Shown: positions 1 through 12,700, numbered from the stretch's first letter. The stretch is DNA of 64,000 nucleotides from Octopus bimaculoides (GCF_001194135.2 NC_068983.1:100900669-100964668), one strand, 5' to 3'. Made by a program: numbers and translations. The notes: generated by a model not told the origin, from the letters alone.

Positions 1-1291
1 AATTTTTCAAAATTTTTTTTTTCAGAATCGGAATCTCCATAGACTAAAACGTGGGATTCCGTAAAAAAAATTAATAAATAAGGGGGGGGGGGGAAAGGTT
101 CAGATTACATATAGTCCATCTCTACCATTTTATGAATGTTTCCATTAACGGAGATTAAGGAGTTGCCCCAGAAAAATGTGCAAACGTAGTCCGGTCACAA
201 GTTGTTTCTTTAGCCCTCGGTCAAACTTGATTCAGCAAAGTTATGACCAAAAGCATTCCAGCCGATCCATCGTGTCCTTTATTTAGACAGTAGGGTGTGA
301 GCTAACGGAGACTTGACTGCTATTTCTAATAGGACGAGAGGTCAGGTAGAGGCATCTTCATTGGCACGGTGATCATTTTCCCAATTTGTTCGCATACAAC
401 TTTCATAAATTATAGCCTCCCTGAGATCCTGAAAACATTTGGTGTTGTTTAGTTCTAAGTCGGCCAGACTGTCGAAATAAACCAAAGTTATTATCAAAGA
501 CATTCAAGCTATGACCATCACGTCTTATTTTCAGAATTCATGTACTTTTGTATTTAAATTCGTCTTTTTCTTCTTAAGACAGTCGCACGTGCTTGGGAGG
601 GGCTGCTATTTCTAGTTAGTCGTGTGACTCTGTAGCTATAGGAGCGCATTCGACGGCAGATTATTGCAATTTTTTACAATCTTACGAAGGATTGCACAAT
701 TTTAAGCACAATCTTTGGAATGATATCCGACATGTAATTAAAATGTTCTTGATTGGCTAGAAAATAGATGAATATTATAATTTGTTAGATTATACTAATT
801 GGAAAAAAATGATCTTAAACCCTTTGGATAGTAGAAACAACACTGAAGACGTCGCTTTCGAGTAATATAAAATAAGGGCGAGTCAGCTAACAATGAAATA
901 ACAAAGAGATATGAAGCATGAACAAAAAGTGGACTGTAGTCAAGTTCGCTGAGAGATGAGCATTACTCACAAGATAAACAACATACACTAGAACTCTCAC
1001 ACAAAGAAATTACACGGTAATTGTTTGAAATGAATTCTATATTTCATCCAACTAAAAAAGCTGTTTTATAAATTAATAATAAAACCGACTGAAAATACAG
1101 CCAATTATCACAAGTAAATGGACGATAACACTAAAAATGTATATATATTAAAAAAAAGAGGAAATAAAAGGGCATGAACGCTTCTTTATACGACGATAGG
1201 ATGCTCCTCACTTATTAGGTTGTGTATAATTCTATAGAATAATCTTTGTTGCTTGTAAGCAAATATTAAATAGAAGTTGTCAAATCTATAC

Positions 1292-1528
1292 CTGTTTCCA
1301 AGTTCTCGTATCCGAAGGGGCAAAGTGGTCGAGTTTCTGATTGAACCATAATTCATTACTAACAGGGTCTTGAATATTCTGGGGCAAATGTCTATGGAAT
1401 AAAAATCCTTTTAAAAACCCACCCGTTGGTCGGCCACTTATAATCTTGGGTATATAAGCGTAACATAACAAGTTTCCCACAGAGACAAGTAGGAACAGTA
1501 TTAATGCGGTCAACGTTTGCGATGTCAT
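1292..1528 (-). CDS. First coding exon of a peptidase S28 family serine protease (PRSS16/K12H4.7/PRCP-like); remainder lies left of the window
   Basis: 79 codons MTSQTLTALILFLLVSVGNLLCYAYIPKIISGRPTGGFL...ELWFNQKLDHFAPSDTRTWKQ: hydrophobic signal peptide, GRPxGGFL and WFxQKLDHF...TWxQ motifs typical of S28 N-termini; phase-0 GT donor at 1291-1290. No further exon recognised in 1-1289. Confidence 0.8.
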
Positions 1529-1589
1529 GTTTTCATTAAACTGACAAGAACACGAGTTATTTACAAATGAATACAAAACAACATTGAGA

Positions 1590-1617
1590 TCACATGACCT
1601 TAAGTCATATCATGTGA
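1590..1617. promoter_or_regulatory. Inverted pair of M-box/CLEAR-like E-boxes upstream of the S28 gene
   Basis: TCACATGA at 1590-1597 and TCATGTGA at 1610-1617, 62-89 bp upstream of the ATG at 1528. Confidence 0.4.
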
Positions 1618-1800
1618 CAAAGGTCGCCGGTTATCAAGGACCGTAGAATTATCTATTAAAAATTGAACAAAACCTTTCCATATATATTTTCTAAAACATA
1701 AAAGTTCTATACATTTTATAGATGGGGTTACAGCCTATGTGAAAGAAATATTAGACATTTCAGTTTATTTCCTCGAAAGTAAAAATCAAAGCACACAAAC

Positions 1801-1862
1801 TCTCTCTCTTTCCCCCTCTCTCTTTCCCTCTCTCTCATTCTCTCTCTCTATCTCACACACAC
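1801..1862. repeat. (TC)n/(CA)n microsatellite
   Basis: Directly visible dinucleotide runs. Confidence 0.85.
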
Positions 1863-2171
1863 GTATATCTTTGGCATTTGTTGAACCAATGGCATTCAAC
1901 CTTTAACTTTTGACTGGATTCAATATTTTTCATTATATTCATTATGTTTGTTTTAAAGTACAGATATATAAAAAAAATTACAAAAAGATGTCAATGAAAT
2001 AAGTTTAGAAAATTAGCATCCTTCATTAGGTGATATTTCAAATTTTCAGTAGAGTAGTATTTTAAGGTAGACCTATAAAAACTATTGTTCTATGATTTAA
2101 GCAGGCTTTGTATCAGGTGGATGGTATTTGAGTAATTAACCACAGATAATAATTTAATATCTATCACACTA

Positions 2172-2396
2172 TAAAGTGGTTTGTGTTTGGAAGAGCATCC
2201 AGTTGTAAATACTGCACAAACAGGCCTCGCCAGTGCTGGTACCACATAAAAAACACCCAGGCCACTCTGTCAGGTGGTAGGCATTAGGAAGGGCATCTAG
2301 CTGCAGAAACCACGTCAAAACAGACAGTGAAACCTGGTGCAGTCTTCTGGCTCGCCAGCTCCTGTCAAACCATTCAACACATGCCAGCATAGAAAA
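2172..2396 (+). mobile_element. Abundant short repeat matching the 3' tail of the RTE LINE family
   Basis: Shares the GGCATTAGGAAGGGCATC.AGCTG and CATGCCAGCAT.GAAA motifs with the reverse-oriented copies at 8622, 15055, 17345, 22331, 30040, 45070, 47270 and 59730. Confidence 0.6.
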
Positions 2397-4346
2397 TAGT
2401 ATTTACTTACTGACTACAAGCCACAGACCTCTAGACCCATGAGGCCAGCACCTTAAGGTGGCACTGAGAATGGAGTTATATATATTTCTATGGAAATATA
2501 CACAATGTGGTGTTACATTTATGTTATTTAGAAATTTTGGAGGTTTACAATGAATCAGCAATTCTAATCATGAAGCTATCTTTTAATTCATAGAACCACT
2601 AAAAGGTCAATATTGTTTGAATGTTATCTGTTCATTATGAATGATTCTATCATATAATGGAAGAGTAATCAACAACTAAAAGCAAAAACATTTTGATTTC
2701 TAAGCGAAACAATCCAATAATACTTGCAAAAACTTCAGAAATGGTATGAACATCATAACTTCAAATATCCCTTCTTTCATAGAACTAAGAAAACTTCCTA
2801 CTAGTGTTTATTGGTGACTAAGAAAGTATAACAATATGAAATAATGTGTGGTGTAGATTCAGTTTTTGAAAAATCATATCTCAGGTTAAAATAATCACCT
2901 GATAGTGGTTGAGGGCTCGTTTGAACCACAATTTTAAGGGCTATCAGTTGGAATCAAAATTATTTGGTTTTTCTTTGTTTATGGGGGTCTGGGTTCAAAT
3001 AACCAAATCAGGGCATATCAAGCAAAATTGCCTTTTGGTGTATTGCGGTTAAAAATGATTATCTGCAAGATCTCGCCAGCTTTCAGTCAAGGATAACATC
3101 CATGAAATCTTCAGAAGAATGTCCATCATGTGGCATCCAGCAATTGCCTTGAAACATCCCAGCTCAAGTTGTTCTGTTTGTGGTGAAGTTGGTCACACAG
3201 CTTATTCTTCAAAACATAAGGTGTCTGCTTTGACAGAAGAACAATCAAGAATCGAATTACTGTATTACTAACTGGTTCATGTTATGCATATTTATTGTCT
3301 GGCATTGTTGCTTCAATATTTGTTGCGAATAATAAGTGATCAGTTTTCACAATTTAGTGCAAATGATTCTGATCTTTGTAAATCATAGAGGTGGGGTGGG
3401 TTTCATTGTATTTTTTCCCTTTTGTAGGGGTGGGAGTATACTACGGTAAAATTTCAATCCAGGGATTTGTTGGAATATTTTCTTTTTGTTATCTTGTGCT
3501 TTGGACCTTCTCCAATTTCAGCATGAGCAAGGCAAAATCCTCCAAACAGGAATCTGACCTTTCTAATCAGATTTTTACCCCATAAAATAGGCTAAATGCC
3601 AAAAAAAAAAAAAAGTGCATTTAAGATCAATTATTTCAAAAAATTTATTAGGTTTTGAGTCCATTTTAGGTTTCTTGTTTTTATACTTGTTTAATCACTT
3701 TAGGGGTCAATAACTACTGATTTTACTCAATTTTGGTTAGTTTTGATGTTTGGTACCCAAAATGGAATTATACTTTCTGTGTGGCCTTTTTAACCCCTTT
3801 TTTTTCCACAGTTTACATAAAATGCTGAGGATGTCAAATATGTTAGCCTTTAATATGTCAAAATTTGTCATTTTTTTTTTTAATTATCAAGTTTGAGGGG
3901 GTTTTACCAAAAACTTTGATATTTTTCATGCATCCCCTATTTTCTCTGGCCTATGCACTCTAGGCTGTAGCTTGACTGAAAGACAATAAAAAGTGCTTTT
4001 AAAGGTGAAAGCAAATATATTCAATCTTATGGTGCTCAAAAGAAAAATGTAAATTTTGTTAAATTGGATGACTTTAAAGAGCTATAAAAATTGAGCCATA
4101 CATTATTTTAAACTCAGGTTTTTGCTTTGTAATCTCTTGAGTTTAGAGGACCAGAAAATATGCATTTTAAACATCTGGGGGAAACTTCCAAAAATGATAA
4201 ATTCCCACTCTGGGCACAATGTTGCTAGTGCTAAGTGAGCTTCTGCATCACTCTCTTCACATGCATTCACTGCATATTGATAAAATGCACTCTCTTTCTC
4301 TAAATTGTGTTTTTTTATTTTATTTTAGAAACTCTCTACAGGCTTG

Positions 4347-4440
4347 CTTAGCCCTGCTTAACTGAGATTTGAAATTAAATCTACACATTTGCTGCTTGGT
4401 GTGTAGATTCAATTTTGAATCTCAGTTAGGCAGGGGTAAG
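4347..4440. repeat. Fold-back inverted repeat (41-bp arms, 12-nt loop)
   Basis: Arm 4347-4387 matches the reverse complement of 4400-4440 at 36/41 positions. Confidence 0.85.
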
Positions 4441-4502
4441 TGAGCTCCAGCATTGAAATATTTTTTAGAGAATGTTGCATAGCTATAATTACTTTCCTAT
4501 TT

Positions 4503-4680
4503 GTTTTAGTCATTGGACTGCAGCCATGCTGGGGCACTGCCTTGAAAGGTTTTAGTTGAACAAATCAACTGCAGTACTTCTTTTTTTTTTTTTTAAATCT
4601 GAGACTTATTTTATCAATCTCTTCTGCTGAATTGCTAGGTTACAGGGTATGTAAACAAACCAACACCACCTATCGAGTAC
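4503..4680 (-). mobile_element. SINE 3' part (abundant family)
   Basis: TCATTGGACTGCAGCCATGCTGGGGCACTGCCTTGAA...CAGTACTT matches the reverse complement of the SINE tails at 9830-9950 and 21530-21650. Confidence 0.6.
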
Positions 4681-4722
4681 AAACATTAAGACACACATAT
4701 ACTCACACACACATGCCCTCCC

Positions 4723-4759
<37 letters not shown>

Positions 4760-4760
<1 letters not shown>

Positions 4761-5066
4761 TAGCATCCCCCACCATCCATTAGATGGTGTAAGTTCGTGT
4801 TAGAACTGGAGTCTAAGATAGTGTAATTCCACTTCTGTCTATGCTTCTGTCTGTGATGCTCTGGCAACTGCAGTAGAAGCAGCATTGCAAGCATGCTGGA
4901 GTTCTGCATGTTGAGCTGTCTGTGATGCTCTGGTGGTTGAAGAAAAAGCAGCATTGCGAGCACACCGAAGTACATATTGTTCTTGTGTCTGGCTTGCCCG
5001 CAAGGAACACAAAACAGAAGCATTTTTTGTTTTTCTACTAATGTGACTCTTGCTTTTTCGAAGCAT
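4760..5066 (-). mobile_element. Degraded Helitron-like Rep N-terminal region
   Basis: MLRKSKSHISRKTKNA..LRASQTQEQ..LRCARNAA..RASQT..RASQTEA with a 69-bp (23-aa) internal repeat (4847 and 4916), resembling recalled ASET/ASQT-repeat Helitron N-termini; frameshifted. Confidence 0.4.
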
Positions 5067-6812
5067 CCTATCGAAAATCTGTAATTGAATGAATCTTTAA
5101 AAAATCAGTGAAAATTTACCTCGTTGCTGTTTGCAAGCACTAAATATGGTATTTCAACACAAAAAATTCCCACAATGCTAAAGCACACAATTATTTGCAG
5201 TGGTATTGTAAGCACCAAATGGCATGTGAATGTGGACAGTTATGAATGAGAATTCACATGCGCACTGAACGTATTTTGAGAAAATCGATATTCTATCGAC
5301 CAAAAGTGCAATTGTGATAAAATGTAAATGATCAATGCAAACACCAGTACACTGACAGGTAGCAGAAGGTAAAGGGTATTTCTAAGAAATATCACACTTA
5401 AGTGCGAAATTTAAATAAAAAGAACGTGCAAATCAAAACAGTTTCTAGGACTTCTCTGAAAATGAAAGACAGCCAAAACTGGGCTTCCTTTGGGAAAAAT
5501 GGATGTCAGCATTAAAATTACCTTATATTAATCTGGAAGTAATGAAAATTCTTTATAAATAAAGTTATTTAAGTCCATGTAACTGGAAAACTTCAAATGG
5601 GATATAGGGTTCGACAATATGCAATATTGATTGATTAAGTAGCAAACCTTGTGGTTGAATAAGCTACCAGAACCAACTGAATAGTGCTTTTTTTTTTTTA
5701 GAATGTAACCAATGAATTTGATGTGTGAAATTCATAAAAATGATAAGAAAAATTGGCCAAAATATCATTCAATTATGCTTACTGGTAAAAACATAACTCA
5801 AAATTTGAGACGGAATGGAATTAAAGAATGAAGAATGGACATGTACATGTTAAATCAAGTGAGTTACGCAAAAGTCAAAAAATACCACTCGTTTTCTATT
5901 TTATATAAGAAACTGTTAGCTAAAATTTAGATATTTGTCACCCAAATTTCCACGTTCAATTACCAATCAATTTGTCATTTTCTACTCTCAACTGAATTTT
6001 GTTGTGAGAAAATATTCACACAGTTAATTGATCGCCAATTAGTGCCATTTATTCATTAAAGTTAATATCTTATTTCATTTTTACTTATTCAAAATAATTG
6101 CCTTGTCTTCTTACTCTTTTGTGTCAGCTTAGTTATTAAACACAGAATGACATGCCTGAATGTACATGTTCAAGTACAGTTCATTTTAGAATGATATCAA
6201 TTTTTACTGTAATCACATATGTTCTTTCATGAAATTGCTTAGAAAGCTTAATGCAATTAATGCTCTGATGCTGACTGGATAAACATAGCAGCTGTTTGTA
6301 CATGATTTACAAAATGATAACCAATAAGCACTGTTGAAATCAGATTTTCCATCAAGATTTTGATTAAAAAAGGGCAAATCTCACATTGAAACTAATGATT
6401 ATGTTATGAAATTTAACTGATGCTCCCACTGTGATGTATTTTACCTATGTGTAAAATTTCAGCGCAATCAGTTGAAAAATATGGCCATTATAATCTTTCA
6501 CACACACACACACGTATATATTTAATAATGAATTAAAAGCAGTGCTAGTATTGTAAATATTACCAACCACACATACTCAATGTAATGTATTTTCTTTGTT
6601 CACCAGTTTACTGCAATATAACACCTGGAGGATGACTCCCTCATTACGCTGAGTTTAAAAACATCTAAAAGTCATAGACAGCCAAGACAACTTACCTCTG
6701 ATCAAATCCAGGAGTGATGGATACTAATATTTTACTATTACTGTGGATTATCAACATCACATACCAGAATCAAACTGGGGATGAACTGTATTGTCTGTTT
6801 ATGACTACATAT

Positions 6813-7190
6813 TTTTTTTTCTATTGGCACTCCATCGCTTACGACGTCGAGGGTTCCAGTTGATCCGATCAACGGAACAGCCTGCTCGTGGAATTAACGT
6901 GCAAGTGGCTGAGCACTCCACAGACACATGTACCCTTAACATAGTTCTCGGGGATATTCAGCATGACACAGTGTGACAAGGCTGACCCTTTGAATTACAG
7001 GCACAACAGAAACAGTAAGTAAGAGTGAGAGAAAGTTGTGGTGGAAGAGTACACCATCCCCTGCCGGAGCCTCGTGGAGCTTTAGGTGTTTTCGCTCAAT
7101 AAACACTCACAATGCCCGGTCTGGGAATTGAAACTGCGATCCTATGACCGCGAGTCCGCTGCCCTAACCACTGGGCTATAGCGCCTCCAC
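6813..7190 (-). mobile_element. Young full-length tRNA-derived SINE with 12-bp target-site duplication
   Basis: Minus-strand head GGAGGCGCTATAGCCCAGTGGTTAGGGCAGCGGACTCGCGG...GTTTCAATTCC (A/B boxes), A-tail at 6812-6820, ATGACTACATAT at both 6801-6812 and 7191-7202, CpGs retained. Confidence 0.85.
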
Positions 7191-8621
7191 ATGACTACAT
7201 ATAGATAGAGTAAAAATTATTTGCTGGTATACTACAGCTATGCATACATAAGATTAAAGTCAATAACGAATTCAAAGCAGTGCTAGTGTTGTAAATATTA
7301 TTGACCACACATGCTTAATGTATGTGTTTTGTTTGTTCCCTAGTTTACTGTGGTATAGTACCTGAAAGCCATTGATAGGTGAAACAACTCATATATACAA
7401 TGGGCCCACACATATATACAATGGGCCCCCAAACAGTTTCTATCAGCCAAACACATTCACAAGCATTGGTTGGCAACTGGCACTATAGTAGACACTTGTC
7501 CAATATGCTGCACAATGCAATTGAACCTGAAATCATATGGTGGTAAAGGGAGCTTCTTAACCACACACTTGAGCAAACATAAAATAAAAAAAGATTTCAT
7601 TAAGTCAGTGCAATTTTAGTTCTAAAATGAAGCTTCCTGTCAGACCACTCCAAAGTGTTTGTTGACTGGACTCTCTTCAATCCACATTCTATCAACTCTG
7701 CTCAGTTATGTTTCCATTCCCATTCTATTCTCTATCAATAAGTGTTTTTATCTTCAATTAAACAAACTTATACAGACTGTATTATATTTGACTCCTTAAT
7801 CTTTAGCACACACATGTGAGAGAGGAAAAGGTTCCAAAGTGCAGTAGTTCTAAGAAGAGTATTGGGTCACGTGAAAAGGGACACTGGAAACACTCTCCAG
7901 TGAGAAGGATACAACATAGAATTTTTCAACACGATCAACTTAGGGCAATGGATAGATACAAGCATTTGAACATTGGGACAGATGGCTATAAAACTTATTT
8001 ACAGCCTTTTATATTCTGACTTCAAAATCCTTCTACAATTGATTAACTATCAGTGAAGTACAGAAATCATTTTATATTTCTGTAATGCATTCTAGATGTG
8101 AACAGAATTGTAACAGGAGACAAGAAAACTCACAGCTATTACGCATAACAAAGATGTGTTTTTTCAATATTCATTATCAACATATGTAAATAATACACAG
8201 CTACAATGTTCAAGTTTAATACAAATGCTAGTTCCCACAATCTCTGATGATTTTTTTTGATGACAACAAATATATTACACAGGCAAAACTGCTCCCCAAA
8301 GATTAATATTCTTCTTCAGTGTCAGAAAATACTTTAATCCTGATCATTTGCCCTAGGCAGTTGTCCATGAATCTAAGGGTCCAATTCTAATCTATTTATG
8401 TTGTTATGTCTCTAGGGGGCCTCAGTGCATTGCTTTTTAACTTACCTGGACATTTATCATAAGACACATACAAATTCAGAATAGAAAATATATCTGCTAT
8501 TCAATTCAATAGAATGTTTCACACAAAAATATTTTCTTCCCCAAAATAACATTTCCAAAAAAAACAACATATATCACCAGAAAGTAAAAGAAAAATAATT
8601 TCTACAGAATTTTTGAGCATC

Positions 8622-8925
8622 CATCATCATCGTTTAACGTCTGCTTTCCATGCTGGCATGGGCTGGATGGTTTGACTGAGGACTGGCGAACCAGATGGCT
8701 GCACCAGGCTCCAATCTGATCTGGCAGAGCTTCTACAGCTGGATGCCCTTCCTAATGCCAACTACTCCGAGAGTGCAGTGGGTGCTTTTATGTACCACCG
8801 GCATGAGGGCCAGTCAGACGGTACTGACGACGGCCATGCTCAAATGGTGTTTTTTATGTGCCACCTGCACAGGAGCCAGTCCAGTGGCACTGGCAACGAC
8901 CTTCCTCGAATGTTGTTTTCCACGT
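8622..8925 (-). mobile_element. RTE-tail repeat
   Basis: (CAT)n-CGTTTAACGTCTGCTTTCCATGCTGGCATGGG, the same terminus as the RTE LINE at 22331. Confidence 0.7.
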
Positions 8926-8928
8926 GAG

Positions 8929-8938
8929 ATAGAGATAG

Positions 8939-8991
<53 letters not shown>

Positions 8992-9235
8992 GAGGGNNNN
9001 NNNNNNNNNNNNNNNNNNNNNNNNNNNNNNNNNNNNNNNNNNNNNNNNNNNNNNNNNNNNNNNNNNNNNNNNNNNNNNNNNNNNNNNNNNNNNNNNNNNN
9101 NNNNNNNNNNNNNNNNNNNNNNNNNNNNNNNNNNNNNNNNNNNNNNNNNNNNNNNNNNNNNNNNNNNNNNNNNNNNNNNNNNNNNNNNNNNNNNNNNNNN
9201 NNNNNNNNNNNNNNNNNGAGAGAGAAAGAGAGAGA

Positions 9236-9289
<54 letters not shown>

Positions 9290-9300
9290 AAGACAGAGAG
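8929..9300. repeat. (GATA)n/(GA)n/(GACA)n microsatellite spanning an N-gap
   Basis: Directly visible. Confidence 0.85.
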
Positions 9301-9477
9301 AGCTGAATCTATTCTGAAGAGAAATCTGCTTTTCAATTCAGTGGCATTTTTGACACAAGAAATCTACTATTTAGTTAAATAGAATTTTTGACACTTGACC
9401 TCTTGAATTCCATTCCAAACCCCTACATAAGCAACATATATAAGAAGAAACTTTAAGAGAAAATATCAAACATAATT

Positions 9478-9686
9478 GCAGGAGTGGTTGTGTGGTATAG
9501 GTGCAGGAGTGGCTGTGTGGTATAAGCACAGAAGTGGCTGTGTGGTGAGTAGCTTGCTTACCAACCACATGGTTATGGGTTCATTCTCACTTCATGGCAC
9601 CTTGGGTAAGTGTCTTCTACTATAACCTTGGGCCAGCCAAAGCCTTGTGAGTGGATTTGGTAGATGGAAACTGAAAGAAGCCTGTC

Positions 9687-9723
<37 letters not shown>

Positions 9724-9950
9724 CATGTGTGTGTGTATATGTTTATGTGTCTGTGTTTGTGCCCCACCAAAATTGCTTGACAACCGATGCTGGTGTGTTT
9801 ACATACCCGTAACTTAGCAGTTTGGCAAAAGAGTCCGATAGAATAAGCACTAGGCTTACAAAGAATAAGTCCTGGGGTCAATTTACTCGACTAAAGGTGG
9901 TGCTCCAGCATGACCACAGTCAAATGATTGAAATAAGTAAAAGAATAAAA
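9478..9950 (+). mobile_element. tRNA-derived SINE with triplicated head and internal (TA)n/(TG)n
   Basis: Matches the copy at 21250-21650 (GCAGGAGTGGCTGTGTG...GAAACTGAAAGAAGCC...GAATAAGTCCTGGGGTC). Confidence 0.8.
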
Positions 9951-10800
9951 GTATGTCCTTAACTATGTGTAGAATATGAGAACAAATTGTTTTAATTTCT
10001 AATTCTTATTACTTAATTCTTGACTTTGAATTTTCAATATTTAATAGGATGGACATGAATACCAAAGCCAGTAATATTTTATAAAATTCACTTAATGTAA
10101 CGAATATAAAAATTCTCATCCTGTCTGATTGAAGAAAAAAGTAAAAAGAGTCTTTAAACATACTTCTGTGCTGTTTACATTTCTACTTATAACCTTTGAG
10201 TTGCTTGGATTCTTAACCCCTTTTCAATTATATATATATATATGTGTGTGTGTATATATATGATATACCAGTGCAAACATGCCATCTTTCAGATAGCATA
10301 TTTTACATTAGTTTGTTATCATTGTATCATATATTCTATAGTGTATATGTGTAAGTACACATATGGTATGCATGTGGGAAGAATGTTGGCAAGACATGCA
10401 ACAAGAGCAAAGCTTGAACATCAATAATGAAAAACAAGGCTATATCATGAAATGCAATTATGTTAAGAGAGAATGTGCATTTATAAAGCAATTGCGACCT
10501 AATTACTGCCAATATATTTTATAAAATATATGATGCATTTTTAATGCAGTTAATATTCATTACTAAGCACAATATCATCATAAATACTGTTATCCTTTTT
10601 ATATTGAACCCATCTTATTCACATTATTGTTGTCTTTTTTATGCAAACCAAATTAAAAAAGTATGTTCTTTATTTATATATAACATGCAGTTATATAATT
10701 AAATACTGTTACATACAAAATGAAAGTAAAGCAAAGGAAGCTGATATGTAGATATATGATAGCAATGTAATCATGGTATCACTTATGTTAAAGCAATGTG

Positions 10801-11305
10801 CATACATACACAATTGTGTCCCACTGACTTTGTTTCTTCAAAATTTCCAGAAAAAGGAATATTTTGTAATGAAATTTTCTACAAATATGTTTCAGATGAC
10901 ATAGGTTCCAATAATACATAAACTTATTGTGAAAAAAATGCAATTGGAGAAATGGAGAGAGGAGTTTCAGACAATTCATGCTAGTTGGATTTGTTTCCTC
11001 ATCACTTTCTGAAAAATTGGTATTTTTAGATCAACAAATACTTTGAAAGCATGTAGATTATGATTATATTGGAATTTAATATGAAAATAAAAATTGGTGG
11101 GATAGAAGGCATACATACTGATACACAATACATTTTTTAAAAAAATTATTAAAAAAATTCTGATATAATCGGAATCTACACAATCTGAAGCATACTTGTA
11201 GAAAATTTCATTAGCAAACATCCATTTTTCTGAAAGTTATGAGGAAACAAAGTCAATGAGGTACACATGTGTAGGTATGATTCAACTAACTCCGTCCGGT
11301 CACTG
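10801..11305. mobile_element. Tc1/mariner-like MITE with long imperfect TIRs (left TIR truncated)
   Basis: 10801-10858 is an imperfect reverse complement of about 11222-11280; the right end is CACTG followed by TA (11306-11307). Confidence 0.6.
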
Positions 11306-11732
11306 TATATCATTACGCACAAGTTACCGGAAGTCCATAGTATACATGTACTTTTTTATATATAATGTAGAAATTATTAGTGACAGAAGCAGAATTAATA
11401 CTGAAAGGTAAAGGTTATATGCATCTTATCATGGATGCTGTGTTAGAACACCAAATACTGCACTATTAGCCTTGAGAGAGACCCTCTCATATGGGTGCTT
11501 AGTACATAAAATCACATTCCATTGCAGATGAAATTCATCTGCCATGGGCGCTGAAATTCTCTTACCACGTGATTTCGGTTTATTGGCTCTTCTTAGTAAT
11601 TTCTTTATTATGATAATAAACATCTTTTACAAAGAGGGACAATACAGGACGTTACAAACATATAGATGAGCTAAGTGAGTTTATAATTAAAAATTGGATG
11701 TATCCTATATACAATTTAAAAATTTACACAAA

Positions 11733-12700
11733 CTTGCTTTTACCATGGGTGGAATTAAGTAGGGACAGTCACTCCCAACTTCCTCATGACATCATTCCAT
11801 CTTTTCTCATATATGCTTTGTGACAGGTGTCCCCTCTCCACCTCTATCTTGCTTTTCAGGTGGTACCTGAAGTATTATGGCAGACCAGTGCCGGAGATGA
11901 AGGATCCTGTCTTGATTCCTTGCATTCTTGTTCTCCATGCACACTCTTTCATTACTGCAACCGTACATAGAAAACATGACTCACCTTCCTTTGATAGTCC
12001 ATTTGGCGGTACAATCTTCATCACAGACTCAGCTGATAGCTGTATTCTTCCCAGGTGCGACAACACGTGTTCTACGTAAATAATCAAGCCCGAAAGCTGC
12101 GGGCACTGTACAAGAGCATGCAGGGCACTCTCCCTATCCTGCCTGCACCTTGGACATTCCGGTGGCACTGATATTCCGTGCCTGGACAATTTATCGTGGA
12201 CAGGTAGCGCATCTCTGTAACACTACCAAGTCAGGGATCTTTGGTAATTATCCAAATACCCCGACCTGAAGGTGTTTTGAAACAGTTTGGCTAGCTGGTT
12301 CTCATCAAACCCCAGAGCCTCTCCTAGGATGTCATCGCTCTTATACTCTACCATCCCTTTAAAAAATACAGAGGTGGTATTTCAGCCGTCAGCCTTGCCC
12401 GCCCTGTGGATTAGTGCGAGTGCCTGTCGGCACTCCTTTTACCATTCAGTCGTATTCTGTCTTTTTATCAAACCGGGTGTAAATCCCTCCAAGGAGGCCA
12501 GTTGTGGAAAGAATTCCCCTGCAAACGAATTCCACACCTGGCCACCATCCAGGTAGAGCCAGAGATGCCTTAGCCTCAGTGCAGGCATGCACGTCAATAT
12601 TCACGGCATCTCTAACCCACCCTTCAGTGGTTCTTGGCAGCATTCGGAGCACCTCACAAACAGTTTTCCCTTTCACAAAAAACGGAAAAGAAGTCGCACT
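11733..12700 (-). mobile_element. Tx1/L1-like LINE 3' fragment with zf-RVT zinc knuckle
   Basis: ORF 11875-12189 has CPRC...ESALHALVQC (C-terminal CCHC of L1/Tx1 ORF2); the adjacent GC-richer sequence is frameshifted. Confidence 0.7.
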
